Source of the DNA: an uncultured Chloroflexia bacterium
GTDB taxonomy: Bacteria; Chloroflexota; Limnocylindria; QHBO01
Assembly (NCBI GenBank): GCA_963759405.1
Contig: CAVWZA010000016.1
Coordinates: 351,850-415,849 of the forward strand
Length of the DNA stretch: 64,000 nt
Direction of reading: 5' to 3'
The notes under the pieces: generated by a model
The model's database searches: none
What the model was told of the DNA's origin: nothing
Seen by the model: only the letters and a program-made list of their open reading frames with translations
Translations under genes and position numbers: made by a program
Shown here: positions 1-15,960 of the stretch, one piece after another
How the letters are laid out: each line of letters begins with the position of its first letter
Position numbering within the stretch: the first letter of the stretch is position 1

Positions 1-1040
1 TCCCGCCTCTGGGAGGAGCTGGAATAGGCTTGCTGTCGGGATGCCGCGGCGCCCAGGCGTTCGCATCGAAGTACCCGGTCGTCTGGAGGGCCCACGGGAA
101 CGATCCCGGTCCCCAACCCCCGATCGGGTGCTCGAGCCAGGCGCCTGCGAGCGGCCCCCACATTGCAGCTCGATACTCCAGCGAGGCGAGGCTCAATGCG
201 CGGTCGGCGAGCGGAGCCGCAGCGCCGGTGACCACCAGCAGGAGTGCAGCGGTCAGTCCACCGCCAAGTGATCAGCCAGTTTGTGCGTGCGCGTCGCGGC
301 CAGTGGTGGAGCCACGGTCGGGCCGGCCACCCGGCGCTGGCCATTCCGAGCGCAAGCCACAGCATCCGAGACCCGTCGAGGAGAATGATCGATATCAACC
401 ACGAGCCCGAGCGCGGCGGCCGCCCAACGCCGCGCGATTGGAGCGGACGTCCCAGCCACCAGCTCGGATAGGAGCATGGCGACCAGCAGGGCAGCGTCAT
501 CCCCGGTGCCCCCAGACTCCCGCGGGAAGCTCGAAGCCCAGTGGTGGGCTCGAGGATCCGTCCAATCAGGGACCACCACTTGATCACAATTCCGAACCAG
601 CTGACGGCGATCACCAAAGTGACGACCAGCGAGAGAACTTCGGAGAACGCGCGCGAACACGTCGCGGTTGCGATTGTCGATTAAAGCAGACCGCGGGCGA
701 CGAACAGAGCGGCCACGTAAGTCAGGGCTCCCAAGCGTCGCATCCAAAGCCTGGCGTGGAAATGACGACAACACACCTGCGACAGCGAAGAGCAGAAGTG
801 CAAGGATGCAGAGCCAATCGACTTCATCGGCGACCTGAAGGCTAAGGATGAACGCGAAGATCAGCCCCCCCCGCGATGATCCCATTGACGACCTGGAGAT
901 GCGGGATGGACCGCCCCGGGGCGCCAGTCCCTCCGATCATGACGAGGTAGGAGAACGCGGCGATCACGCCCACGGTCAGGTGAGCCGACCTGGACAGCTG
1001 CCCTGCCGAGACTGTCGCCGCCGCTCGGACACCTCGGTTC
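1..1040 (-). pseudogene. O-antigen ligase/polymerase-like (Wzy_C-type) polytopic membrane protein. The 3' end lies beyond the window edge and the frame is disrupted.
   Basis: Minus-strand frames give hydrophobic helices (GLIFAFILSLQVADEVDWLCILALLLFAVAGV; LTVGVIAAFSYLVMIGG). Near position 100-150 they give WLEHPIGGWGPGSFPW, the GxGxGxF loop typical of Wzy_C proteins. The frame changes at the C8 run 866-873 and at other sites. Confidence 0.45.
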
Positions 1041-1188
1041 CCGTCACCCGCGCAGTGTAGGGATCGCGAGCGTCGAGTTCGCCCGCGGCTCTGTACCGAA
1101 CGGCTTCGCCGAATGTACCGTGTGCAACGAACTACTCGCAGGGTATTGATGGAAGGTGCGATCTGGCAATTCGGGTCGGGGTGAGTAG

Positions 1189-2597
1189 ATGACCCGGCGC
1201 CATCTGATGACCCTGCGAATCATCTTCATGCTGGCGGACGCGGGTGCGGCGGCGCTCGTATTCCTGCTCGTCACGCTCGCCCGCTTCGAGGCCGATCCGA
1301 GCGTCCAGTGGTCCGTCGGCATCGATGTTGGGGCCGCGGCGGGACTGTTCGCGGTCACGTGGGTAAGTGTCTTTTGGGCCCTCGGTCTATATCGGCTTCG
1401 CGTCCGCTGGGGACTGCTTGCCGAGGCGCGCGACATCCTGAGGGGCACCATCGTCGTCCTGGCGATCACGCTCTCACTACTGTTTCTCTTCCACCAGGAT
1501 GACGTGAGCCGGCTCTTCCTCGGCCTCCTGTTCGTCGTCCAGCCGAGCGTGGCTCTGGCGGGGCGGTTGCTCCTCCGACGATGGTTCGAAGCCAGACACA
1601 AGCATGGCCGCGACACCAACTACATGGTCGTTGCCGGCACCGGCTCCTTTGCGCAGGACTTCGCCGACCGGGTCGAGGCGCACGCCGCGCTGGGAATGCG
1701 TGTGGTGGGGCACGTATCGGTCCCGGGAGCCGAACAGACAAAACCCGCCGGCCTAACGCGACCAATCCTCGGAACGATCGACATGCTCGACACGGTCTTC
1801 CGTGAACGCGTCGTCAACGAAGTTGCCGTATGCCTCCCGCCAACGGCCGCGCACTATCTCGACCCGATCGTCGCGATGGCGGCGGAGGAGGGCAAGACGG
1901 TCCACGTGCCACGTGAACCCGAGGAGGGCATCCTCAGCGGCGCTCTGCAGGAAGATTTCGATGGCTTCCTTGTCCAATCAATCGTTCACGGCGGGCAACG
2001 CGAGGTGGAGCGCGCGATCAAACGTGTGATCGACGTCGTGGGTAGTGCCGTTGGCCTCGCCGCGTTGAGTCCGCTGCTCCTGGTGGTTGGAGCCATGCTC
2101 TTGCTGCAGAGGGTTCACCGATCCTCTTCCATCAACTCGATAGACGAGCATGACAGCCGTGACCGTCCTGAAGTTACGCGCCATCAAAACCGACGCGGAG
2201 CTTCGATTGGCCGAGCTGGCTCACCGCAATGAGATTACGGGCCCAGCGTTCAAGATCCACGACGACCCACGGGTCACGCGTCTGGGCGTGTCCCTCCGGC
2301 GCACGAGCCTGGATGAGCTTCCGCAGCTGTGGAATGTTCTCATCGGCGATATGAGCCTCGTCGGTTCGCGACCTGCGCTGCCTAACGAGGTGGCCGTGTA
2401 CGACATCTGGCATCGGCGGCGGTTGTCGGTGCGGCCGGGACTGACTGGCCTGTGGCAGGTGCAAGCCCGCTTAGATCCGGACTTCGACGAGCGGGCTGAG
2501 CTCGACCTTCGATACATCAATCAATGGTCGATTTGGACGGACTTTGGGATGCCTCGCGCGGACAGTGCCGGCGGTATTCACCAGACACGGACGTTGA
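1189..2597 (+). pseudogene. Polyprenyl glycosylphosphotransferase (bacterial sugar transferase, WbaP/EpsB-type priming enzyme), frame-disrupted
   Basis: ORF 1189-2232 gives the TM N-terminus and linker. EGSPILFHQ sits in a third frame near 2110. ORF 2150-2701 gives [34 protein letters not shown] and [10 protein letters not shown]. The family-typical tail LARTVPAVF..stop appears only after another shift near 2545, with the stop at 2595-2597. Confidence 0.85.
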
Positions 2598-2649
2598 GTC
2601 GCCGGGCAGTTGGCGCTGCGTTGATGAACCGCACCGAGAACTCCTTTCC

Positions 2650-3440
2650 TCAGGATCTCCGTCGCCGTGACTGCGTAGTCTGCCTTCGGGAAACACGTTG
2701 AGCTTCCCATCCACCGTCGCGTCGACGATCGTTCGGCCGTGCGCCTCGAATTCATCATGTGCGAGGCGGTAGGCAATCTCTGACGTCTCGAGGTCTGGAA
2801 GTTGCCACTTCACGCGGGGTCCGAAATCGTTGGGGTCGAAGTGGTTCGGATCAGGTCGCCGTCGACGTAACAAGCTTGTTCGCTGGTCCCGTGGAACCAA
2901 ACGAGTGGTCGACACCGATGAGGATGGCTTCCTGAAAGCCGAAGTGGAAGGCGAGCTGCATCGCAACGTAGGTGACCGTGCCGCCCTCCCATGCCCCTTC
3001 TGGCAACGTTCGGGAGAACGTGAACAGTCGGGATCGACGAACAAAGATCGCATCGTGCCGGCTCGGCACCTCATCGACGCGATCTCCAGCTCATGAAGGT
3101 CGTCCTTGGGGCGGCGAGCAGGTCGCGCGCCGAATGCTCTACCACGTATCGATTGACCGCCACGAGAAACGTCGTGGGGCGGCCGATGCGGTCGAAAAGT
3201 AGATAGCCGCGATTCAGACCAAAGGTGTACTCGTCTCGCAGCTTCGAGAGATCCATCTTGGCCAGGCTCGGCCCGTTTCCGATGATGAAGCACCGCTTAC
3301 CTCGGTATTGATCCGCAACTCATCGAGACGTCGACGCGACCGCCGGCCCTCTCGCGAGCCCATAGGTGAATGCCTCGATCGGCCGGCTGGATGCGATCTC
3401 GGTACGCGTACGACAGACGTGCCGCACGTGGTCACCGACG
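2650..3440 (-). pseudogene. DUF115 / MptE-like (sialyltransferase-like) polysaccharide-modification protein, frame-disrupted; ends approximate
   Basis: Fragments lie in three frames: GKRCFIIGNGPSLAKMDLSKLRDEYTFGLNRGYLLF (3071-3300), GGTVTYVAMQLAFHFGFQEAILIGVDHSF (2851-3069), and FDPNDFGPRVKWQLPDLETSEIAYRLAHDEF (about 2700-2850). Confidence 0.5.
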
Positions 3441-3480
3441 GTCCGCTTGAGCGCCTCGAGGCCCGCGCGTTCGAGCTCAG

Positions 3481-4229
3481 TCATTCGGTGCTCAGCCTCG
3501 CGAGCGCGCCTCCGTCGACGATCAGCGTCTGACCGGTGATGAAGGACGATCGTTCAGCATCGGCCAGGAAGAGCACGGACTGTGCAACTTCGTCCGGCCG
3601 CCCCACACGCCCTAACGGAGTGCGGCGTGCCAATGTGCCAAGGGCATCCTCGACGTTACCGTCAGGAGACCGACGACTGATGCCCGTCCTGAGCATGGCG
3701 TATCGATGGCACCCGGCAGCACGGCGTTCACCCGAACGCGAGGCGCCCACTCGATGGCGGTCGCTCGCGTCAACGCCACCATCGCCCCCTTGCTTGCGGC
3801 ATACGCGGCCGCGAAAGGCGAAGTCGCAACGGCGTGGACCGACGCAATGTTGATGACCGCGCCGCCGCTTGCTTCCAAAACGGATACGCCGCCTTCATCG
3901 CGAGAAAGGCGCCGCGCACATTCGCAGCCATCATCTCGTCCCACGATTCGCGTCGTCTCCAGTGCCATCGTGGATCTCCCGATGGCGGCGTTATTCACGA
4001 GAGCCTCCAAGCTCGGGAGGGATGCGAAGAAGCGGCCGAGCTGTTCGTCGACATTCGCCTCGGCCCACGTCGACCTGGAGATAATCGTCAAGCGCGATGT
4101 CGTCGCCGACCTTCGCGCACATCCATTCCTACCACGCTCCAGCCGTTCGTGCGGAAGGCAGCCGCCGTCGCGCTTCCGATCCCGCCTCCCTACACCGGTA
4201 ATGGCCACCGTCCGAGTCATCGCCCTCAC
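3481..4229 (-). pseudogene. Short-chain dehydrogenase/reductase (SDR), frame-disrupted
   Basis: ORF 3612-4229 carries NNAAIG and the YAASKGA (YxxxK) motif plus NAVLPGAIDTP. ORF 3481-3750 carries the C-terminal GRPDEVAQSVLFLADAERSSFITGQTLIVDGG. The N-terminal TGxxxG region is in yet another frame. Confidence 0.8.
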
Positions 4230-5100
4230 CTCCCTCCAGCCCGAGCAGCGAGATTGTCGATCGCCCGCTCACTCGTGCGATGCTCAGCCTCGACGGTATT
4301 CGAGCTGTTGTGCGACCCCAGGATGACCCGACGGTGGTTTCGAAGCGGACTCTCGTCTGGCAAGGGCTCGACCTCGAACACATCCAGCGCGGCGGCCCCA
4401 ATTTGACCGTCCGCGACGCTGAGACCAGGGCAGCTCATCGATAAGCCCGCCGCGCGCTGTGTTGATGATCCAGGCGCCGGCTTCATCTCGCGATCGCGCT
4501 CGCGCCGTTCGACCAGGTGGTGGTTCTCGGGCGTCAGTGGGCAATTCAGTGACACGGCGTCGAGAGCGGGAAGACGGAGTCCAACGTCGAAATCTCGACA
4601 CTGAGTCGCCGGCCGGCGACCGTTCGCCATCATCGACGTCGGAGCCGACCACCCGCATGCCGATGCGCGCGGCCCTCGCGCTAACCTCCGCCCGATGCCG
4701 CCGAGCCCGATGACTCCGAGCGTCCGCCCAGCGAGCGATACACCATCGCTTGGGGCAGCCGGGCATGCGACGTCCCGATCGACTTCGCGCAGATGTCGCG
4801 CGAGCAAGACGAGATAACCGATCACGAAATCTGCACCTCGTCCCCAAACATGCCCGGCGTATTCGTGACCTGAATCCCCAACCGCGAAGCAGCCTCCAGA
4901 TCGATGTTATCGATCCCAATTCCCCACTTGGCAATGATTCGCAGCCTATTCGTGGACTCGAGCACTTCGTTGGGTGAAGCGGCTCATCACCGACGATGAT
5001 GCCGTCGACGTCGGCCAGGAGGGCGATCAACGCTTCCTCCGTCAATCGGCTGGTCGACCGCGGGCAAAAGAATGTCGATCCCGCGCTGGGTCAAGCTGTT
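4226..5100 (-). pseudogene. D-isomer-specific 2-hydroxyacid dehydrogenase (PGDH-like), frame-disrupted; 5' end approximate
   Basis: ORF 4226-4825 has GRTLGVIGLGGIGR (NAD fold) and AALDVFEVEPLP...ILGSHNSS. ORF 4284-5045 has the N-terminal EEALIALLADVDGIIVG and INTARGGLIDE. Confidence 0.75.
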
Positions 5101-5860
5101 TCGGTGGACCTCAACGGGGTCCGAACGAGGTGGGGGGCGGTGATGAGCACTCGCCACGTTGTCACAGAGGACGTTGCGCGCAGCTCGAAGAGCGCTTCTG
5201 CGCGCGGAAGTCGAACTCGTCGTCGATGTCCCAGGCTTCGTCCCGCGGGAATTCGAAGAGCATCGGCGCGCCCCGCTACGGGTGCCGCGCCCTCGACCAG
5301 CACCTCGCGGGTGAACAGGTAGAGGCAGGAGTTCTCCTCGTACATCGGCGCGAGGTCCTGGGTCCGGATCAGGATGCTGGGGATCATGGTTCAGCGGCCG
5401 GCCGTCGGCACTCCAGAGTCGAGTCTGCTGCCGCGTGACGCTGAACAGGGAGTCGTGATCCTCATCCGTCTCGAGGGATGCAACGAGCCCGCGGTGGCCG
5501 ATGCCGCGTGGAGGAGCGGATTGGTGCCGTGCGTCTGGAGATACAGGTCGGGCGTCGACCCGGCGGACGTCATTCAAGAGCACGTCGTTCATCGGCACCG
5601 TGCCGGCTCGGAACTTCTCCGGCCGCTCGAGGACCTCGACCGATAGGGAATAGGTCGCGCAGCATCCACCCGGATCAGCTCGCTGTCCGTGTCGATCACC
5701 ACGTCTCGCTGATGCTCGGGCATGCAAGGAGCGTGTCGACGATGTGATGGAACAGGGGTCGGCCCGCGAGTGGGCGGTAGTTCTTGCCGGGCACTCGCTC
5801 GCTAGTTATGGCGCATCGGAACGATGGCTGCGAAATCCGTGGACTCACTCGACGGCCTCG
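5091..5860 (-). pseudogene. Acylneuraminate cytidylyltransferase-family (CMP-sugar synthetase-like) protein, frame-disrupted; ends approximate
   Basis: N-terminal ITSERVPGKNYRPLAGRPLFHHIVDTLLACPSI is at the end of ORF 5696-6166. C-terminal PMYEENSCLYLFTREVLV is in ORF 5091-5387. Confidence 0.55.
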
Positions 5861-5969
5861 AGAATTTCGCCGCGGGGGGCGGCCTCCCGCTCTCGCAAGG
5901 CGGAGAAGAAGGCAGGCCGATCCGCTTCGCGGCCAGATCGCCGCGTCCGTGCGCAGGCGGATCGAGATG

Positions 5970-6965
5970 TCAATCAGATCGGACATCGGCGTCGCGGGGA
6001 CTTGGGATTCGTCGTAGTCGATAACTGTCCGGATCGCGCCACGCTGTCCTCCTGAGGGCGTCGCCATCCATGTGGATAGTAGAAGTGGCGACGAAGCACC
6101 GCCGACTCCTGGCCGCGTTGGCGAATCCGCGATATGTACCCCAGAACTGTGCGGCCCGCGGAACATGGGATCGAGGCGAAGTTGCCGGCTGGTGTGCGGT
6201 CTCGCGCAGCATGCACGAAGTCGCTCGCGATGTTGGCGAGGGCAAGCCCGAGGGGTCGAATGCGCTCATCCGCTGATCGGGGAGATCCGTCGCGTGGGCG
6301 ATGGCCTCGCGGCGATACCGGTTCGCCAGCTCGCTCCCAGTCTGGTCGTGCGACGTGGACAACAGAAGCTGTCCGCGACGTACGAGATGGCGAATCCCGC
6401 CCGCCATCGCCCGCTTGGCCCAATCGACGTCCTCCAGACCGGTAAGGTATCGTCGTATGGCTGCGACTCCCAGACCGAGCGCCGGATGGGACGCATTCGC
6501 GTTGTTGCAGAACGGGTGATCCTGGCGGGCAGCCGACGACGGAGGAAACCACGCGCGAAGACTCGACGTTCGGAGAACGCCGATTCGTCGCCGCCCACCT
6601 GTCGCCCATAGGCGAGTGCGAGCACGGAATCGGCGAACGGCGCGGTCAGCGCGCTCGAGCCAGGTGTCGTAGACCGGGTACACGTGGGCGCTGGCGAACA
6701 CGCGGAGGTCGCCCGGTCGCCGCCGCACACCCAAGGTTCAGCGAACGGCCAAAGGAAAAAGCCTCTGGCTCGATACGATGTGGACCTCGACTGGAAACTG
6801 CGACGCGATTTCAATTGTGCTGTCGGTCGATCCCCAGTCAACACGAAGTTGTGTCATTTTGTGGTTGGGACGCACCGACTGGCGGGCCAGGCCACTCAGT
6901 AGCCGCCCAATGTGCTGTTCCTCGTTGAAGCAGCGGATGACAACGGACGTCGTGGGCCGAGTCAT
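5970..6965 (-). pseudogene. Family 2 glycosyltransferase, frame-disrupted
   Basis: MTRPTTSVVIRCFNEEQHIGRLLSGLARQS...GSTDSTIEIASQFPVEVH is in ORF 6738-7004. The later segments alternate between ORFs 6266-6844 and 5970-6734: LTAPFADSVLALAYGRQVGGDESAFSERRVFA, QDHPFCNNANAS, LTGLEDVDWAKRAMAGG and ANRYRREAIAH. Confidence 0.75.
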
Positions 6966-8440
6966 GACCGCCCGTTGGCCTTCACAGGTGGAATTGCCCG
7001 CCACGCGGATCGCGCTTCACTCCTGAAAGGACCGATGAGGAGCGCGACTGTGGCGACCATGATCACTGCGGTCCTGACGGCGAGGCCGACGCCGGAGTTC
7101 GGCGGAATCACAGCCGCTGCGATGACCGACGGAACGCCCATCACGAGAGCGCCCATGCCAATGCGTTTCCAATCATGAGGTATTGGAGGTTCGCACACGC
7201 GGCGCATGTACAGGAAGACTCCAATGAGTAGCAATCCGTATCCGATCGTCGTGTTGATCGCGGCGGCGGCCGTCCCGATCCGGGGTACGAGAATCAGGTT
7301 GAGGCCGATATTCAGTCCTGCGGCCAAGACCGTGATTAGCCAGAGGTGACGCGTCTTTCCTGCTACGAGTGCGATGGCGTTCGTTGGCATGAGGTAGAGC
7401 CCGTAGAGGCAAGTGCCAGCGGCTAGCCATGGTATGAGCTGAGTGGCACCGGCGTAGTCGTCCTGGAGCAGTAGGACTATTGCGGGTGGTCCTATGAGTC
7501 CGGCAGCCACTGCAGCGCCATCAACGACGACATGTTGGGCGGCGGTCACGCGCCGAAGATACGGGCTGGCTTCGGTCGACTGGTCCGACTCCGCCAGGAG
7601 CGGTTGGGTGGCTTGTGAGCGCGCGATTGCTGCGAGGGTGACTGGCAGGCAGGCTAGGTAGGCGAGGTAGTATGCGCCGACATCGGTCGTCGGCACGTTC
7701 GACGCGAGGATTGCTCGGTCGGACACTGACAGGCCCCGATGCGCGAGGGCGTGCGGGATAAGTGGGATGCCGAAGGTGAGCGCTGCTGCTAGGTCGTTCC
7801 GCTCGAGGTCGACCTACGATGGGTGGTTCAGTATTGCGAGTCCCCGGACGAGCAGGGCGAGTGTGCTCAGGGCGTACGCGAGCATCCAGCCCGTGACGCC
7901 CTGGTCCAGAACGACGACCAGGAGGACGGTGAGCGCCGGCGTTACCGCGACCAGGATGGCGGTTAGCTGTAGGTAGTCTGTTAGTCGTTCTTGAGCGCGT
8001 AGGCTCGCCATCGGCAGGATGGTGGCTGCTGCCATCGCCGCGGCCCCAAGAGTCGCCCCCCGACCGGCATCCACCGGGATACGCGGCCAGCCTGGCAAAG
8101 GCTGGGGCCCCAAGGAAGCAGAACGCAAGGGTAAGGCCGGTCGGCGCCAGAAGTGCAAATCCGCCCACCGTGTTCAGGAACCGCTGAGCGTCCCCAGCGT
8201 GGCTTTCTGGGCGACGGACGTCCCTAAAGATGGCGGTTTCGAGGCCAAAGCTGACGAGAACGCCGATGGCAGCGGAAACGGTCGTCAGGATGCCAATTTG
8301 GCCGAATTCCTCAGGCGAAAGAATGCGGGTGAAGATGGGGAGTAGCAGGATCGGCACCGCCCGCTGCAAGACAGAGCCAATCGCGTAGGTAGCTGCCCCA
8401 CGTATAACCTGCTGTTGCGAGTGTGCCTGGCAGACAAAGC
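6962..8440 (-). pseudogene. Wzx-like oligosaccharide flippase (polysaccharide biosynthesis protein, MOP superfamily), frame-disrupted; 5' end approximate
   Basis: The N-terminal part is in ORF 7521-8567 (IGSVLQRAVPILLLPIFTRILSPEEFGQIGILTTVSAAIGVLVSFGLE). The middle is in ORF 7814-8158. The C-terminal 250 aa of TM helices are in ORF 6962-7726. The stop overlaps the GT2 start as ATGA. Confidence 0.7.
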
Positions 8441-8475
8441 CGACGCACTCGTTCCTACGGACTGGCGTGCAGGCC

Positions 8476-9545
8476 TCACCTTCTCGTTCCGGCCCGTCGT
8501 CCAAGTCGTCGAGCCGCTGCGTAACCGCGGCTCCCCAGGGCATGCCGGAGCACGTCCAGAATGGCACGCCTACCCCTTCTGACCAGGCGCTTCAAGCGCA
8601 TGAGTTTCGATCGGCGCAGCCACTCGAGGTACTGAAGCAGGTCGGCGACGCCGGGGGTTGAAGCGTCACGACGAAGGCCGCCGGACCGAAAGAGGGCGCG
8701 CACGACTTCATCGCCGACGGTGCGTTCGAATCCGGCGCGTGCCATTACCTCCGTGAGGGTCTCGAGCGAGAAGTGGTATGTGTGCGCGAACGTCAGGTAC
8801 TTCAGGAGGTCGTAGTCGTACTCTGGCTTGAGGTGGATGGTCCGAATACCAGGAACCTCCACGGACGCGAGACCGTCGGAAGCGACCAGCGAGCCGAGCG
8901 ATGATCGCAAGGTCTCGGGGCGGGTGGGCGAAGTGCTCCAGGACGTGACTCATGATCACGAGATCGAATGGGCCATGTTCGGCGAGTACCTCTGGCGCGC
9001 CCACCAGGATCGAGCTGCCGGCCGACCGGCCTGCCGGCGCATATGCCGGGGCGAAGTCGCAGCCGACGGCCTCGACGGCGACGCCACCAGCCGTGGCGGC
9101 GGCCTGGAACTCCCGCATCACCTGACCGGTCCCGCATCCGATTTCCGCCAGTCGAACGACGGTCGACAGATGGTCCTTGACGGCCTCAAATATCTCCGAA
9201 CCCTGTCCCTTCCGGAATAGCGATACGGATGAGATAGGGGTCGGGGATCCCCATGTGAAGCCCGTGGTAATCGTCGCGATAGAAGGCGGGGAGATCATCG
9301 CCATGCAGCCGCGGTGTCGTGCGGACCAATCCGCAGACACTGCATGCAACGAATCCCACTGGCATTCCGAACCGATCTTGCGTTGCGATCATGACCCGAG
9401 TCGTCGCTTCCGCATAGGCATTGCTGGACAGACTCGAGGCGATAGGTTCCGGTCTCGAATTTCAGCAGGACGCTACGGCGATAGTCAATTTGGATGGCGT
9501 TCATTGACCAGGCGGGCGGCCCACCGAACGAGTGGTCCTCAGGGA

Positions 9546-9570
<25 letters not shown>
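8476..9570 (-). pseudogene. Class I SAM-dependent methyltransferase with an N-terminal Cys-rich segment, frame-disrupted
   Basis: The gene is spread over four ORF fragments: 9295-9570, 9186-9392 (FGMPVGFVACSVCGLVRTTP), 8708-9349 (LAEIGCGTGQVMREF ... FDLVIMSHVLEHFAHP) and 8476-8910 (YLTFAHTYHFSLETLTEVMARAGFE). Confidence 0.7.
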
Positions 9571-11248
<1,678 letters not shown>

Positions 11249-11259
11249 GTGGATGACCG

Positions 11260-13563
<2,304 letters not shown>

Positions 13564-13933
13564 CGTCACTGGTCCTCGCGTTCGAAGACGCGGATACGCC
13601 GCTGCCATCCTCGCCACGCTGCCACGAGGACACCCGGATCATCGACAACGGTGTTGAGCTGGCTGTCATCTTCTAGTATCGTCTCGATGAGCGCGGGGTA
13701 ACAATCGTCTGGCGCGCGGTTCGGAGCCGGATGCACGAGGCATCACGAAGCTGGAGGCGAGTCCTTTCCTCAATGAGCGACCCGCGGCTGCGGCTCCCCG
13801 TCGGATTCGTGCGCACGGATCACAGTCACTCGATCGTACGCGACCGATGCGGCATCTCGTCGACCTGCTCGCCCGGAGGCTGTGCGCGGATCGCTCGCTC
13901 ATCAGTCGGCGAGGCACGCGGCAAACTGCGTGA

Positions 13934-14863
13934 ATGGATACGGGAGGAACCGCACGATCCGTCCGACGGTTCGAGTGGCGGTCCATCTTGCCCGTCGTCA
14001 TCCTCGCCGCGCTCGCTCCCCTCAACTTCCTGGGGATCTGGATCCTCGCTGGTTCGTCGCAGGTGGGGGTCGCACCAGACTACCAGCAGTACGCTGCGGC
14101 GCTCGAGCGGTTCATCGCCGGCGATCCGCTCTATGTACCGTGGTCGCAGTGGCGGTATTCCCCGGTCGCGCTCCTCACGCTCGGGCCATTCATCAGCCTC
14201 GGCCTTGCCGCGTGGACGGTATTCCATCTGCTCGCGGTATTGCTCATCAGGCCATGGTGGCTCGCACTGCTGTTCGGCCTCTCATGGCCGTTCTGGGTGG
14301 ATGTCGTATCGGGCAACACGGTCACGTTTGTTGCAGTCGCCGGGATCGTTGCGATGCGGGGCTCGGGAGCTGGCGCATATATTTATTGGTGGCTGACGCT
14401 AATCATTCCGCGGCCCGTGCAGATACCGCTGGCGCTGTATCTCGCATGGAAACGGCCTGAGCTTCGGCGCGGCTTCGTCATCCTGACCGCCGTGAACCTC
14501 GTCCTCCTGTTGATCGTCGGGCAGGGTGCGGAGTGGATCTCCTACGTTCTGGCTCGTGGCGCGGAGAACACGGGCGCCGTGTTCAACATCCATCCTGCCG
14601 CGGACCTCGGCATGCTCTGGCTGATCGTCGGGCTTCCCGCCGCCGTCATCCTGACCTGGCGAGGATTTCCCGGCCAGGCAGGGGTGGTGGTTTCACCGTC
14701 ACTGCTGGCTCAGTACCTGCTCATGGCGTTCGTCCCTCCCGACTCCAGGGCCAAGGCGTCGGAAGAGGACGCCAGCCCGGCTGATGGCCGCAGCTCAATG
14801 GTCGAAGAGGTCAGCTTCTGTGGTGATCACGAACGGATCGCCGCCGAGGACCGTTCCGAGTAG
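13934..14863 (+). CDS. Integral membrane protein, DUF2029/GT87-like putative glycosyltransferase
   Basis: This is an intact 309-aa ORF with about 8 predicted TM helices. FIAGDPLYVPWSQWRYSPVALLTLGPF resembles the GT87 N-terminal loop. Confidence 0.5.
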   Translation: MDTGGTARSVRRFEWRSILPVVILAALAPLNFLGIWILAGSSQVGVAPDYQQYAAALERFIAGDPLYVPWSQWRYSPVALLTLGPFISLGLAAWTVFHLLAVLLIRPWWLALLFGLSWPFWVDVVSGNTVTFVAVAGIVAMRGSGAGAYIYWWLTLIIPRPVQIPLALYLAWKRPELRRGFVILTAVNLVLLLIVGQGAEWISYVLARGAENTGAVFNIHPAADLGMLWLIVGLPAAVILTWRGFPGQAGVVVSPSLLAQYLLMAFVPPDSRAKASEEDASPADGRSSMVEEVSFCGDHERIAAEDRSE

Positions 14864-15883
14864 GAGCCGTCCATCCGGGAGCGGCTCGATGGCCGTCATG
14901 CATCCCGGGCGGGGAACCTCGTTTTCGGCGGCGTCTCCGCCGTTCCCGGCGAGGTTGACCCGCGTGACGCGACCACAGGCTCCACTGATGATGATCTCGT
15001 CATGGACGTAGAGCCCGCTCGAGCCGGCGCCGGTCGGCAGGATCCACTTGGCGAATCCCGTTCGGCGGGTGTAGGGACCCACGGTGCCGTCGTCGGGGAA
15101 TCCGTAGTCGAGACCCTCCTCGATCTGCAGCAGCTCCTCGGAGCGCCAGATGCCCCCGCGACCTCGCCCGTCGTTGTCGACGCCCCACAGGCGCCCATCC
15201 GCGTCGAAGTCCAACCCGAAGACATTGCGGAAGCCGGTCGCGAAGGCCTCGACCTCCGAGGTGGCCGGGTCGATGCGCAGGACGGACCCCAGCAGATCGG
15301 TCTCGGGGCCGGTCGGCGGGTCGCCGCCGTCGTCCCAGGCGAGCCGGTCCAGGTTGCCGACGGACAGGTAGAGCATCCCGTCCGGGCCCAGGTCGAGGTC
15401 GTTGAGGCCGTGATCGGTGTTCGTGAAGTGGAGCTCGTCGACCAGGACGGCCGGTTCGCCAAGCCCGTCGGCGACAACGGGATAGGCGAGGATTCGACCC
15501 GAGTTGTTCGCCAGCAGCTGGCGCTCGCCATCGGCGACCGTCGGACCAACGTTCTCGCCCTTGCAGCGCGGGACGGGGTCCTCGCATGGCAGCTCGCCGA
15601 GCTCGGCGACATACAGGACGTCGCCGTCGAGCGCCAGGCCGCGCGGGAACTCGAGGCCGGTCGCCAGCACCTCGGACTCGACGCGGTCGCCATCGACGGT
15701 GAGGCGCAGGATCTGGCCCTCACCCACCGTGGCGTAGGCGAAGCCATCCGCCCATTCGATGTCCATCGGCGTGACGTTCGCGGCCTCCCCCTGCGGTCGG
15801 GTCAGCCCATAGGCGATGGCGGCGAGCCCGAGGGCGATGAGGAGAGCGAGCAGCATGAGCCGGCTCCGCCGCGTTCTCAGCAA
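14795..15883 (-). CDS. PQQ-dependent sugar (glucose/sorbosone) dehydrogenase-like beta-propeller protein, N-terminally anchored
   Basis: This is an intact 362-aa ORF with a signal/anchor (RLMLLALLIALGLAAIAYG). GSDH-like blades are present: FPRGLALDGDVLYVAE, LGPDGMLYLSVGN and GSVLRIDPATSEVEAFATGFRNVFGLDFDADGRLWGVDND. Confidence 0.75.
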   Translation of the reverse strand: MLRTRRSRLMLLALLIALGLAAIAYGLTRPQGEAANVTPMDIEWADGFAYATVGEGQILRLTVDGDRVESEVLATGLEFPRGLALDGDVLYVAELGELPCEDPVPRCKGENVGPTVADGERQLLANNSGRILAYPVVADGLGEPAVLVDELHFTNTDHGLNDLDLGPDGMLYLSVGNLDRLAWDDGGDPPTGPETDLLGSVLRIDPATSEVEAFATGFRNVFGLDFDADGRLWGVDNDGRGRGGIWRSEELLQIEEGLDYGFPDDGTVGPYTRRTGFAKWILPTGAGSSGLYVHDEIIISGACGRVTRVNLAGNGGDAAENEVPRPGCMTAIEPLPDGRLLLGTVLGGDPFVITTEADLFDH

Positions 15884-15960
15884 TGGCTCATACCGGCGGC
15901 GGACACGCGTGCAACCGTACTACAGCGACCTCCCCCAACCATCGCGTACGCTGGCGCGAG

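Noticed and set aside
30-845. 271-aa plus-strand ORF at the left edge
   Set aside because: It is antisense to the Wzy-like membrane gene. Its translation is Pro/Arg/Ser/Gly-rich with no hydrophobic or catalytic pattern.
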